DNA from: a virus
Virus record (IMG/VR): IMGVR_UViG_3300037462_000758
Coordinates: 7,578-71,577 of that record
Reading direction: 5' to 3' (one strand)
DNA length: 64,000 bases
Positions 19,964-30,067 of this stretch are shown piece by piece. A program made the position numbers and the translations under genes. The notes beneath the pieces are model-generated. The model made no database searches. It worked only from the letters and a program-made list of their open reading frames with translations, and was not told the DNA's origin. Position 1 is the stretch's first letter; every line of letters starts with the position of its first letter.

Positions 19964-22300
19964 ATGCCACGCGACACCCTCTACGAAGTGCGATTTCGCA
20001 ACAAGCGCGGCAAAAATTTTCGTTTGACTATTATGCCGCCCGACACCGTTCCCATGCCTACGCTGCCGCAGGTAAAGGTGCTACACGTGCAGGCTCCGGC
20101 AGATGCTATTTCGGTTGTTGGTACGCCGTTTCGCCCTGTCCTCTCCGGCAGCAACAAGTACGAAGGTTTGCCGATTGGTTTCCCGCTTATACCGACGCTT
20201 CGGCTGGAGGTGGATTTGGATAAGTTCGATGATTTGGATAATGATTTGCGCGACCTCCGCGATTACCTTATCAATCCGATTGTGGCTTCAACAGACCTTT
20301 TCAAAGGCGACGGGCAACCAGTAGAACTCACGCCGCTTTTTACGCTTTACGACGCTTCCGATAAAATCATCTTTCGCGGAGTTATGCGCCGCGACCCAAA
20401 GAACGAATACACTTTTAACCGCACCAATCTACCCTTTCAAATCAATTTGTCGCACATCTTTCGTGTTGTACTGGAATCTACTCGTATGGATGATGTTGTG
20501 CGCGAGTATGACGTTCTGGCAGCAGCGAACCCACAACTTGCGCCACGCTTGACACAACGAATCTACGAATTTGCATATTCCAGTATGGGCGGTGTTGTAG
20601 CACAGGCACAAATTGGGAAGTACAACAATAGTTCCCTTGAAATGATACCGTATGTCGGTTTTCAGCAAGCGATGTTCACCCATGCACAGCGCATATACAG
20701 AGCCTTTATGAGAAATACTGAAGCAAAGTTTTACGCTGATAACACTGTTTTTGCTGGAGTAGATTTCTTCCAACAACAATACGATGGAACGCAGTTTACC
20801 GCGCAAAATGTACCCCTTACCTACGATGACCTCTTCGCACAAATCAACATTGGTGCTACATGGAAACGTTTGCCTGTCGAATCACTCTATTTTGTGGGTT
20901 ACGAATACATAGGCTTTGGCGGTTCGACTCCGCAGCGTCAAACTGCGACTTCCGGCATGATGACTGAAATGGAGGGCGGTTTTCTTGAGAAAGGCGATGC
21001 GTGGACGGTGCTAACGCGCTTTGTAAACGGTTTGGGGCGAAAAGCGACCGTTGTGCATGGTTACGGTGATGATATGATTGCGGTATTTTATCCTCACGGG
21101 AAAAGCCTTCTTATTACCAAAACCAGCGTTCCGCCCAGCATTGGCGGTGTCAGTACGATAGTAACACGCCACTACAAAAATGAGCCGCCTAAGATTACCG
21201 AAGGTGCAGAGATTGTTGCTGCATCGGAAATTACCACGAAATACATGGAGGAAGACTCGGACGACCGTACCCAACACCGCATAGAACTTGAGGGCAGTGA
21301 AAACGATGAAAATTGGTCTGCGGAGCTAGTCTTGAATAATATGCCGATGGTAGGCAAAGGCGACATGAGCGACCGCGCCAAAGCAGAAACCTTTGACGAT
21401 TTTGTAAACAACGATGTTGCTCTAGTCTTTTGGAAAGGCTACAATCGAACAGGTCTCTACTACTTTGCACAACCGTCGTTTATGAAGCATCTGTGCTGCT
21501 TTCGCGTTAATGATGTTGTCGGTTTAGATGCTGAATTTGTCTCTAAGCGCGATCCAGCCTTCAATCTACCGCTTTATACACCTAACAACTTTGAAAACAC
21601 GCGCCGTGCGCTTCGTGATGCGGCACTTTTGCTACAATCCTCATCTTGTCTTGGCTTATCGGTTTCTTCATTGATTATGAAGAAATTTACTGCCTCGAAT
21701 AATACCGTTTCATCAACCGCCGCAGGAAAATACCCTGTCAAAGTTTCACTTCGTGCCGCATTGCTAGTTGGGATGCCAGGGGTGGTCATTGACGGAGAAA
21801 TCATAAACATTGGAGATAGTGTGCTGTTTGTTGCTGACGGCGACCTTAACCCTGCTTACGTGTACATAATGACGGCGACAGGGTTTCAGATAGACCCTGA
21901 CGCAATGAACGCACAAGAAATTGTTATTACGCATGGTTCAGGTATCAACGAAATTTGGTATTACGGCAGTTCACCGGACGAATACGGCATACCGCGTTAT
22001 CAGTGGTTTTTCTCTGGCATGGCAGAAACTATCGTTACTACGCAACTCATCGCCAAACGTAATTTTCTTCTTACTGCAAAACTTGCGAATGACCAATTAG
22101 AGCGCACGTTCATCGAAGAAGGCAACCCCGTAACCTACACCTATAATCTCGTGGATATGTCGCGGGTTGGGGAGAAGTATATTGTAGAGCGTTTGCGGTC
22201 ATACCTCACACACATTCCGCTGGAAGGCATCTTAACGTCGGTTGATTCGGATTTCATCGAAGATACGAACACGGTGAATATTCTCCTCTTTGAACAATAG
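19964..22300 (+). CDS. Large tail/baseplate protein
   Basis: 778 aa in tail module; includes an IDG....GD.VL repeat-type domain. Confidence 0.6.
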   Translation: MPRDTLYEVRFRNKRGKNFRLTIMPPDTVPMPTLPQVKVLHVQAPADAISVVGTPFRPVLSGSNKYEGLPIGFPLIPTLRLEVDLDKFDDLDNDLRDLRDYLINPIVASTDLFKGDGQPVELTPLFTLYDASDKIIFRGVMRRDPKNEYTFNRTNLPFQINLSHIFRVVLESTRMDDVVREYDVLAAANPQLAPRLTQRIYEFAYSSMGGVVAQAQIGKYNNSSLEMIPYVGFQQAMFTHAQRIYRAFMRNTEAKFYADNTVFAGVDFFQQQYDGTQFTAQNVPLTYDDLFAQINIGATWKRLPVESLYFVGYEYIGFGGSTPQRQTATSGMMTEMEGGFLEKGDAWTVLTRFVNGLGRKATVVHGYGDDMIAVFYPHGKSLLITKTSVPPSIGGVSTIVTRHYKNEPPKITEGAEIVAASEITTKYMEEDSDDRTQHRIELEGSENDENWSAELVLNNMPMVGKGDMSDRAKAETFDDFVNNDVALVFWKGYNRTGLYYFAQPSFMKHLCCFRVNDVVGLDAEFVSKRDPAFNLPLYTPNNFENTRRALRDAALLLQSSSCLGLSVSSLIMKKFTASNNTVSSTAAGKYPVKVSLRAALLVGMPGVVIDGEIINIGDSVLFVADGDLNPAYVYIMTATGFQIDPDAMNAQEIVITHGSGINEIWYYGSSPDEYGIPRYQWFFSGMAETIVTTQLIAKRNFLLTAKLANDQLERTFIEEGNPVTYTYNLVDMSRVGEKYIVERLRSYLTHIPLEGILTSVDSDFIEDTNTVNILLFEQ

Positions 22301-22309
22301 AGGAGCATC

Positions 22310-23533
22310 ATGCGCACAACCACCCAAAGCCTCAGTATTCTTCGGCACCACGTCAATTTTCCTTTGAAAACCAAAGGAGGCACGATTGCAGCCTCTACAA
22401 TGATTCAAGGGTACAATTTGACGGTGCGGCTTGTCGCTACGCAACACATAGATTTGAACGGGCTGCCGATTGTGGATGGTATCAAAACACGTGGCGGAGA
22501 TACGATACTCACCACCGCACAAAATGACCCAAAAGAAAACGGCATCTGGATTATGTTGCCGGGCGATTGGATATTAAACGAAGGCGTTGCGCTCCTACCT
22601 TCGACAATCATTGCTATACGTGAAGGCTGGTATAATGAAGATAGCATCTGGCTTGTCGCAAATGATACGATTGTCTCCTACGGATATTCCAGCAATTCTT
22701 TTGTTCGTAAAGACTACACACCCGTCAAACCCTGCCGATTTGTTCTTACCGATACAAATGCTGCTCTTGACGAAACCACAACTGAGATAGACGGACAAAC
22801 TCCTTCGGACGGCGACCGCATTCTTGTTGCAAAACCGGGTGCTGTGGCGGAAAATGGTATTTGGTTGTATTCCGGTGCTGAAGAGTGGACGCGCTCACGA
22901 GACTTGCTTACAAGCGGGATGCAAGTGTTTGTGCAGGAAGGCGGTCAGCACCAAGACAGCCTTTGGGCGCTGAGTACAGACGGTGCAATACTCTACACGT
23001 TTGCTGCCGTTGGCAACGATATTACACTTACGGTAAACCCTACCGAATGGGTAAAGATAGCCCCGCTTGCGGCGTGTCCGCCTGTGGTTCTGCACTATGA
23101 GCAAACAATGCAGCAATCATTTTCGCTCACAGCGAATGAGTACAAACACTGCACACTCGGCATCGGAACTGCACTTGTTGCCAATAGCGGTGTGAGCAGC
23201 ACATCACCGTTTGCGTGGACTGTACAGGAAACAAGCGGCTATGATGTGGAAATTATCGTTGAAACACCGCTCAATGCTTCGCTGGACAATCGCATCGTGG
23301 CACTCACAGTACGAGATAGTAATGTTGCAAATACGATAGTCAGCGACACAACGCTTGTCAGCGCAATAGCTATGCGGCTTGCAGACGGATGGAAGTATCG
23401 TTTGAAAGGGACGATTCTTGCAGAAGTAGGAGACATTCTTGCTCTGCGATTTCGTGCAAAGAACATAAGTCAAAGCGCACAAACACTCGTGGTGCGAAAA
23501 GTGTCGCTTAAATTGCGGAAACTATGCTACTAA
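22310..23533 (+). CDS. Tail/fibre-associated protein with two IDG-GD-ENGIW domains
   Basis: VDGIKTRGGDTIL...ENGIW and IDGQTPSDGDRILV...ENGIW. Confidence 0.7.
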   Translation: MRTTTQSLSILRHHVNFPLKTKGGTIAASTMIQGYNLTVRLVATQHIDLNGLPIVDGIKTRGGDTILTTAQNDPKENGIWIMLPGDWILNEGVALLPSTIIAIREGWYNEDSIWLVANDTIVSYGYSSNSFVRKDYTPVKPCRFVLTDTNAALDETTTEIDGQTPSDGDRILVAKPGAVAENGIWLYSGAEEWTRSRDLLTSGMQVFVQEGGQHQDSLWALSTDGAILYTFAAVGNDITLTVNPTEWVKIAPLAACPPVVLHYEQTMQQSFSLTANEYKHCTLGIGTALVANSGVSSTSPFAWTVQETSGYDVEIIVETPLNASLDNRIVALTVRDSNVANTIVSDTTLVSAIAMRLADGWKYRLKGTILAEVGDILALRFRAKNISQSAQTLVVRKVSLKLRKLCY

Positions 23534-23565
23534 CCTGCTAGGTAAATGCTAGGAGATTGCGGATT

Positions 23566-23874
23566 ATGACAACACAAAACGCGATACATTGCAGTCTGAC
23601 AGAACCTATCTATGCTGCCGTTCAGAAGCATACAGGCATAACCGCAGACCGCATACGCTCTTCCGAAAAAATTGAGGAAACTACCCACGCACGGTACATT
23701 TTCATTGCCTTGCTCAAAGAAAAAGGTATTGAAAACACAGCTCGTATCGGACGTGAAATCTCAAAGCATCACTCCAGCGTTGCCAATGCCCTTCAGAGCC
23801 ATGCCGATTTACTTGAAACCAACGCAGCATACCGCAAAATGTATTTGAGTACCCTTAACGAGATTCAGGTATAG
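23566..23874 (+). CDS. DnaA C-terminal-like HTH protein
   Basis: AR.IFI.L......IG.EI.K.HSSV..A pattern. Confidence 0.7.
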   Translation: MTTQNAIHCSLTEPIYAAVQKHTGITADRIRSSEKIEETTHARYIFIALLKEKGIENTARIGREISKHHSSVANALQSHADLLETNAAYRKMYLSTLNEIQV

Positions 23875-23877
23875 GCT

Positions 23878-24228
23878 ATGAAAACGGTGCGTTTTCTCAA
23901 TGATAAGAAACTCCCCTATAAAACCAACGCTGTCGTTCAATTTCAGGACGATGTAGCCGATGCTATCATTGCCACAGGTAACGCTGTTCTGTATTCGCCG
24001 TCTCCTTTTACTCCATACGTTCCTCCTGCTGCCGGACAATCCCCTGTTACAAACGCCGGACATGGCTCAGGAAGTGGAAATCCGCTTCTTGATGCGCAAG
24101 TTCAGCAATTGACTTTGCGTTTGAACAGTATTGACTATAACCGAAACGGCACAGCTGATACAACCGATGATATTCAAAACCACGTAACAAATTATGTTTC
24201 ACATTTTACTAACGGATTATTGCCATGA
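23878..24228 (+). CDS. Virion protein: small head-type N-domain plus C-terminal YV..F.NGLLP motif
   Basis: N-terminus resembles the 11091 and 12937 products; C-terminus matches that of next gene. Confidence 0.6.
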   Translation: MKTVRFLNDKKLPYKTNAVVQFQDDVADAIIATGNAVLYSPSPFTPYVPPAAGQSPVTNAGHGSGSGNPLLDAQVQQLTLRLNSIDYNRNGTADTTDDIQNHVTNYVSHFTNGLLP

Positions 24229-24752
24229 CAACACTTATAGCAGCCATTATCGCCCTTGCACAACGCATCCGCGATGAATTTAACGCCCTTTTTGACGGTA
24301 CAAAAGCAGTCGAAAAATCGCGCCGCCTTGACGACGGTGCAACCGGAAAGACCTACGCCAACATTGCCAATGAGATTACCACCGCAGTTGCGGATGCCAT
24401 CACAGCAATTCGCGGCGGTGCTTCTACTGCCGGCGATACGCTGAAAAAGTTGGAAGACCAAATCACCGCGATTGTTGGCGGTTCCTACGCTACGCAGGCA
24501 TTTGTACTGACGGAGATTGGTAAGGTGATTGATACCGCTCCGGCAGTGCTTGACACCTTGAAAGAGCTTGCAGATGCACTTGGTGGAGATGCAAATTTTT
24601 CCGCTACGGTACTCGGGCAGCTTGCAGTAAAAGCAAACATTACCGATGTCTATTCTAAAACCGAATCGGACACGCTGTACTACACTAAAACTGAAATCGG
24701 CGACATCAACCACAATTTTGTCGCTGATTTTGAAAATGGCTTGTTGCCGTAA
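24225..24752 (+). CDS. Fibre-like virion protein
   Basis: DTLKKL and AP..LDTLKELADALG.D.NF repeats typical of phage fibres. Confidence 0.75.
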   Translation: MTTLIAAIIALAQRIRDEFNALFDGTKAVEKSRRLDDGATGKTYANIANEITTAVADAITAIRGGASTAGDTLKKLEDQITAIVGGSYATQAFVLTEIGKVIDTAPAVLDTLKELADALGGDANFSATVLGQLAVKANITDVYSKTESDTLYYTKTEIGDINHNFVADFENGLLP

Positions 24753-24787
24753 TCTGTTGTTGTACCCTTTGTTCTAAAGAGGTTGAG

Positions 24788-25327
24788 ATGAAGAAGCGCG
24801 GTGTTTTAGAACGCATTGTTACATGGTGGACTGAACCACAGCGCAATCTTGCTCGACCTCTTTCTTTTACACTTGAACAAGGTATTACATCGGTTATTCA
24901 GCGCATACAAGGTGAATTTAACACGTGGCGACTACGCATTGGGGCAATCGGTGGAATTGCCCCTCTTAATTCCAATGCTGTCGTACCTGATGCACATTTG
25001 CCACGGTATGTTCGGCGTACCGTACAGCTTGCTTCAACGCTTCCTATCAACTTTGCGGCAGGCTTGTATGTGAACTATGATATGACTTCCACACCTATCA
25101 ATGCGCAAGCATCGCACTTTCAAAATCCGGTTGTCGGCGATAGTCATATCATCATTCTGAGAAACAGTACCGCAGGAAACAAAACCTTCAATCTGCCTCC
25201 CACAGGGCAAGGACACAAAAGCAATACTTATTCAATTACGGTTAATACCAACCAACGCCGCCGTCTTGTCGGCTATTTCGATGGCACGGTTTGGGATTGG
25301 CAAGTGGATGCCGCAAAAACGTTGTAA
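24788..25327 (+). CDS. Fibre-like virion protein
   Basis: IQRIQGEFN motif, GGIAPLN...VP...LP, beta-rich tip. Confidence 0.65.
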   Translation: MKKRGVLERIVTWWTEPQRNLARPLSFTLEQGITSVIQRIQGEFNTWRLRIGAIGGIAPLNSNAVVPDAHLPRYVRRTVQLASTLPINFAAGLYVNYDMTSTPINAQASHFQNPVVGDSHIIILRNSTAGNKTFNLPPTGQGHKSNTYSITVNTNQRRRLVGYFDGTVWDWQVDAAKTL

Positions 25328-25338
25328 TGGAGTAACCA

Positions 25339-25902
25339 ATGGGACTTATAGCAAACATCAGCGCTGCCTTTGTGCGTGTGCGTGATGAAATCAATCTTAT
25401 CAAAACAGCGCTGCAAAATGTGAGTGGCGCTCAAGCGGCTACTTATACCGTTTCCGGTGTTGCTCGTGCGGCTACTACAACTGAAGTCGCAAATAGCAAT
25501 GCCGTCTTGATTGTTACTCCTGAGCGTTTACGAGATTACTTTTCTTCTCAAGCCACACCTCAGATTGTAAATCAAGTAAACGGTGTATTAAGCGGGTATG
25601 CACTGAATTCAACATGGATAAGCACTTTTGTCGGCAATGGAACCCAAACTGATTTTTACCCGAATACTCTAAACGGAAACCTTGCACATGGTTATGGTTC
25701 AATGATTCAGGTATTTCGCAAAGTTGTATTAGGTGCGAATGCTTACGAAACATATTATGAAAAAGTAATGGATAGCGAATTGAATTTTATTCGCGTGTAC
25801 TTTGAAGACCCGAATATAAACCAGCCTTATGCACATATTCAGTTTGTTAGCGCTCCACCGCTCAACCAAGAATTTGTCTTGGTAAACTACTACATAGCTT
25901 AA
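25339..25902 (+). CDS. Fibre-like virion protein
   Basis: FVRVRDEIN motif, AT....GV.R.AT..E, VTP..L, GNG.QT.F, F..APP. Confidence 0.7.
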   Translation: MGLIANISAAFVRVRDEINLIKTALQNVSGAQAATYTVSGVARAATTTEVANSNAVLIVTPERLRDYFSSQATPQIVNQVNGVLSGYALNSTWISTFVGNGTQTDFYPNTLNGNLAHGYGSMIQVFRKVVLGANAYETYYEKVMDSELNFIRVYFEDPNINQPYAHIQFVSAPPLNQEFVLVNYYIA

Positions 25903-25999
25903 TCACCCGTCCGAGGCGCAATGCAAGGCTTTACATCACCTTTAAGGAAAAACATAAAAAAGAGGTCAATGCGATGTATAACCTTTATTGAGGATAGCA

Positions 26000-26524
26000 A
26001 TGAACCAACTTCTCCGACATATTCTCACAATGCTCAGTTTCCGCATCTACACTGTTTGTGTGCGAAATTCGTGGGCTTCTGTGCGCTTTATGTTAGGTGC
26101 AGCAATGGTCTTTATTGCAGCGCCGGAGCAGTTTGCCTTAGCACAAAAAGTCGGCAACATGAGCCTTTATCGGATTATCTACTTCATAGCGGCAGCTGGC
26201 AGCGTCATTTCAGGGGTGTACTACATGATCATTGGCAGTGACCCACAAGAACGCACAGCTCAAGAATTGAAAGTGCGCTACGCGGTCGAGGTTGTCACGT
26301 CTGTTGCATGGCTCTGGGTATTTTCAATTGATGTACAGGCACACGCCTTCGGAGCGCTGACATCGGATGAAGCCGTTTGGATTCACCACATTGGCGTTAA
26401 TATCGTGGTCTCGGCAGGTTTGGCATTGGCAGCATATAATGAGCTCGGAGCCAAAAACAGAGCAGAATTGTACGAAGAAATACCGATTTCAACCATTGCC
26501 ATTAAGGAGCGTTTGTATGGATGA
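26000..26524 (+). CDS. Multi-TM protein, holin candidate
   Basis: About four hydrophobic helices, upstream of endolysin. Confidence 0.5.
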   Translation: MNQLLRHILTMLSFRIYTVCVRNSWASVRFMLGAAMVFIAAPEQFALAQKVGNMSLYRIIYFIAAAGSVISGVYYMIIGSDPQERTAQELKVRYAVEVVTSVAWLWVFSIDVQAHAFGALTSDEAVWIHHIGVNIVVSAGLALAAYNELGAKNRAELYEEIPISTIAIKERLYG

Positions 26525-26960
26525 AAAGATATGGGGTGTCGTAGGAACAACTATTGGCGCGGGCTTGCTTGGAGGATTTAGTCTGTTACGAAGGCAGCAT
26601 AAAGCGATGAAAGCGAATTTGGAGGCAAAAGAAGGCAACGAACTGACAGCAAAGAAAATTACCGAAGCGGCAGGCGATATTGTCAAGCATTTGAAAGAAC
26701 ATAACGAGTGGCTTGACAAGCAGTTAAAACAGGCAAATATTGACATTGACAAAGTTCGGAAAGAGTATATAGAAATCAAGGCAAAATTTGAAGAACTCAA
26801 TAGCGCTGATATTCAGAAAGTTCTTGCCGAAAATGCTTTGCTCAAAGCCGAAATTGAAGAACTCCGCAAAAAATTTGAACAGACAGAACGAGATTTTATG
26901 GCGGTAATGAAGCGTATAGTTCAAGCAGAACCCGAAGTACGGAGAGATTTTAGCGATTAA
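26517..26960 (+). CDS. TM plus coiled-coil lysis-cassette protein
   Basis: N-terminal TM (IWGVVGTTIGAGLLGG) and heptad coil. Confidence 0.6.
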   Translation: MDEKIWGVVGTTIGAGLLGGFSLLRRQHKAMKANLEAKEGNELTAKKITEAAGDIVKHLKEHNEWLDKQLKQANIDIDKVRKEYIEIKAKFEELNSADIQKVLAENALLKAEIEELRKKFEQTERDFMAVMKRIVQAEPEVRRDFSD

Positions 26961-26997
26961 CCAGCAAACGTAATTATCAAATTTTCGGTGATAAACC

Positions 26998-27630
26998 ATG
27001 ATCATTGACACAAAAACTCTTGCTCTTCCACCTTCGCAGTATATCGCGGAATCTACGGTAAAAACAAGGTTGGTACTGCATCATACCGTAGGTGGAACGG
27101 CAAAATCTACGTACGATTTTTGGCGTTCTGACCGTCCGCGTGTTGCAACTGCGTACATGATTGAACGGGACGGCACAGTGTATCAATGTTTCAACCCTAA
27201 GTTTTGGGCATATCACATCGGCACTGGCAGCAATGATGCGGATAACAAAGCCAGCATCGGTATTGAACTTTGCAGCGAAGGTGCGCTAATTGAAAAGCAA
27301 GGGACACTTTTTAAGTTCAATGCTCGGCGTGGCAATGAGGTACGCAGGGCAAATGTCTATGACAATGGCATTCTTTATCGCGGTTTTCGCTGGTTCGATG
27401 CTTACGACGAACTGCAGTTGCAATCACTCATGGCGTTAGTCGAAATGCTGCTTGCACAATTTCCGACAATTCCCCGCCAAACGCCAAAACAGCACACGGA
27501 CTACTTACGGACATGGAAGGCTTTCAAAGGAGTAGTTTCGCACACTCATTTGCGAGCCGATAAAAGCGACGTACATCCGGGTTTTCCATGGGCAAGGCTT
27601 GTTCAACATTGTAATCTCACGCTTGTATGA
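26998..27630 (+). CDS. Endolysin, N-acetylmuramoyl-L-alanine amidase (Amidase_2)
   Basis: LVLHHT, WAYH.G, SIGIE, SH...DKSD.HPG. Confidence 0.9.
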   Translation: MIIDTKTLALPPSQYIAESTVKTRLVLHHTVGGTAKSTYDFWRSDRPRVATAYMIERDGTVYQCFNPKFWAYHIGTGSNDADNKASIGIELCSEGALIEKQGTLFKFNARRGNEVRRANVYDNGILYRGFRWFDAYDELQLQSLMALVEMLLAQFPTIPRQTPKQHTDYLRTWKAFKGVVSHTHLRADKSDVHPGFPWARLVQHCNLTLV

Positions 27631-27962
27631 AAAAACACACTGCATACTGGTTTCTGATTTGGGTACTCGCAATCGTAGTTGTGTCAATGGTACTTTTTTC
27701 TACCCTACAAGGACAAGAGCGCGATACAGTTGTCATTGTGCGTGTTTCCTCGTGTCCTTGCGATTCAGACTTTGTGCGCCGCACAAACTCTCGCATAGAT
27801 AGGCAAACTGACGTAAACGCCATAATTTTTACCTCACTCAAAGACCATGCCCAAGCATATTATTACCAACAACACCAAATAGATTCTTTGCGGTCATTAC
27901 TCAAAACATGGCTGCTTCCTACAGAAATTCAGTTAGTACGACCAAAACGGAGGAAAAAATGA
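27627..27962 (+). CDS. Single-TM protein, inner-membrane spanin candidate
   Basis: N-terminal TM, directly after endolysin with ATGA overlap. Confidence 0.45.
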   Translation: MKKHTAYWFLIWVLAIVVVSMVLFSTLQGQERDTVVIVRVSSCPCDSDFVRRTNSRIDRQTDVNAIIFTSLKDHAQAYYYQQHQIDSLRSLLKTWLLPTEIQLVRPKRRKK

Positions 27963-29338
27963 GATTCTTACTCTTCACCCTTTTTGTTCTTATCACATCT
28001 TGCGCTCCTGTCCGCTTCAGCACACAAGCCGAACGCGAAAAAGCAGCTGACGAGATGTCAGCCAGGCTTGGTATTGCACCAGCGCCCGTTCGTGGTTTAG
28101 GTCTAGTCGGTATAACCGAATCGGCGCAACCATTAGGCACAAACACTCCTCTTGGAATTCCTCCACGACCGCAGACAGTGGTGTTAATTTCATTCGACGG
28201 TTTTCGTTGGGATTATCGGCATCGTGGACTTACTCCGACACTGGACAGTATTGCAGCGCAAGGTGTTTCTGCGTTGTCGTTGCGCCCTGTCTTTCCAAGC
28301 CTGACTTTTCCGAATCATTATGCAATCATCACAGGACAATACCCGCAGCATCACGGCATTTTAAGCAATGGTTTTGTCAATCCCGCTACGGGTGCGTGGT
28401 TCAGGGTAAATAAGGATAGTTTGAAACGTCAATCGGAATGGTACCAAGGCGAAGCACTTTGGGAAACCGCACGAAAGCACGGTGTACGCACTGCCTCACA
28501 CTCTTACCCGGCAAGCGACATCAACGACATTTCACGGCAACCCGATTACGTCGTTCCTTTTTCCCATGCACTACCACTCAATGACCGCATAGATACTATC
28601 CTTGCGTGGTTACGCCTTCCTGAAGAACAGCGACCTCGTTTTGTTTGTGCGTACATCGAAATTGTTGATGCTGCCGGGCATGAAACAGGTGTACATTCTG
28701 AACGCACCAACAGCGCCATTCGCAAAGCAGACAGTCTTGTACAGCGCCTGTGGAGTGGTTTACAGGGCATTTCCGGTGACATCAATCTTATCATTTGCTC
28801 TGACCATGGCATGACCGATGTTTCTCCGGCAAAGACGCTGAATATGAAATCGCTCCTTGCCGACGTGCAGCACCGCTCGTTTGGTAATGGTGAAATCATG
28901 CAGTTTGAAAGCGTAGAGCGCACGGAAGCAGGAAACACGTACCTTTTTGAGATGCTCCGCGCTCGGCAGCACCATTTTCAAGTCTATCGCAAAGAGCATC
29001 TGCCGGGCTGGTATGGTTCGCTCCGGCACGGGTTTGTGCTTCCACTTGTAGCAATAGCTGAACCCGCTTGGTTACTTGATGACGGCTTATATGCAGGGCT
29101 GTTTACCCGATTTCCAAATCTTGGCAAACACGGTTGGGATGCGGATTGGACGGATATGCACGGTATTTTTCTCGGTGTTGGTCCGGCATTCAAAGAAGGT
29201 TATTCCTGCGGTACACTCAGAAATGTAGATATTGCGCCGCTTATCAGCACCATACTTGGCTTTGCACCGCATGAACGCACGGACGGTGATGTACGAAAAA
29301 TTGGTTTTTTGCTCAAGAGCGAAGGGAGCGCGAAGTGA
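27959..29338 (+). CDS. Lipoprotein nucleotide pyrophosphatase/phosphodiesterase (alkaline phosphatase superfamily)
   Basis: Lipobox ITSC; LISFDGFR, PSLTFPNHY, DAAGH, SDHG, HG, MHGIF. Confidence 0.9.
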   Translation: MRFLLFTLFVLITSCAPVRFSTQAEREKAADEMSARLGIAPAPVRGLGLVGITESAQPLGTNTPLGIPPRPQTVVLISFDGFRWDYRHRGLTPTLDSIAAQGVSALSLRPVFPSLTFPNHYAIITGQYPQHHGILSNGFVNPATGAWFRVNKDSLKRQSEWYQGEALWETARKHGVRTASHSYPASDINDISRQPDYVVPFSHALPLNDRIDTILAWLRLPEEQRPRFVCAYIEIVDAAGHETGVHSERTNSAIRKADSLVQRLWSGLQGISGDINLIICSDHGMTDVSPAKTLNMKSLLADVQHRSFGNGEIMQFESVERTEAGNTYLFEMLRARQHHFQVYRKEHLPGWYGSLRHGFVLPLVAIAEPAWLLDDGLYAGLFTRFPNLGKHGWDADWTDMHGIFLGVGPAFKEGYSCGTLRNVDIAPLISTILGFAPHERTDGDVRKIGFLLKSEGSAK

Positions 29339-30067
29339 GTGCGCAGGATTTTTTCTTACAGCTTCTACCGGGAATACTTATTCCTCTTGTCTTTTATGTT
29401 TTTCGTGGTTTGGTGCGGGTTTGGATTAGAGAGCTGCACTCCGATAGCTTCGAGCATGGTAGAAGGTTCGTTGAACGCGGTCTTCCGGGATTCCACCCGC
29501 CTCCGGTACGGTACTCATCAACTCACGGAGGAAATTACAACAACGGCAACACAGAACCTGCACACATACCTGCAAAACAGTCTCAGACCAAGCGTAGAGG
29601 CATCGGTACGTTCTATATCCGACACGCTGGCAAGAAAAACCGTGAGCGCCGTTCATCTTTCGGCAGACCGCATAGACAGTAGCATTAACCACTTTTATGC
29701 GGGCGCAGACCGCACCGTAGAACGTTCTTTAAGACTCACACGCAACGAACTCACCAATCCTGAACTCCTGCGGTTTCTCGCCAAAGCGCGTGATACCGTG
29801 CTTGGTGAACCAGCACAACAGCACGTACAGAAACTTGTACAAGTGGCATTTCAGGAGTTCCGAAGGCAGCAAGATTCAACAATACAAGCGCTTGAAGGGC
29901 GCTCAGAATCATGGCAAACACGCTTGCAGAACTTGGCAACGCCTGTTCTTGCGGTATTGGGCGGTATAGCTCTTGTAGGCGTGTGCATTATTGGCATTTT
30001 GAAACTCATTTTTCTCATTCAATCAAGGAAAAACCATGTCCAAAGCAACAGTAACCATCTCCCGTAA
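29339..30067 (+). CDS. Lipoprotein with C-terminal TM, unimolecular spanin candidate
   Basis: MRR-hydrophobic-LESC signal, helical middle, C-terminal TM. Confidence 0.55.
   Translation: MRRIFSYSFYREYLFLLSFMFFVVWCGFGLESCTPIASSMVEGSLNAVFRDSTRLRYGTHQLTEEITTTATQNLHTYLQNSLRPSVEASVRSISDTLARKTVSAVHLSADRIDSSINHFYAGADRTVERSLRLTRNELTNPELLRFLAKARDTVLGEPAQQHVQKLVQVAFQEFRRQQDSTIQALEGRSESWQTRLQNLATPVLAVLGGIALVGVCIIGILKLIFLIQSRKNHVQSNSNHLP

Noticed and set aside
23566-23874. dnaA / chromosomal origin
   Set aside because: Only the small C-terminal HTH-like domain, which is common in phages
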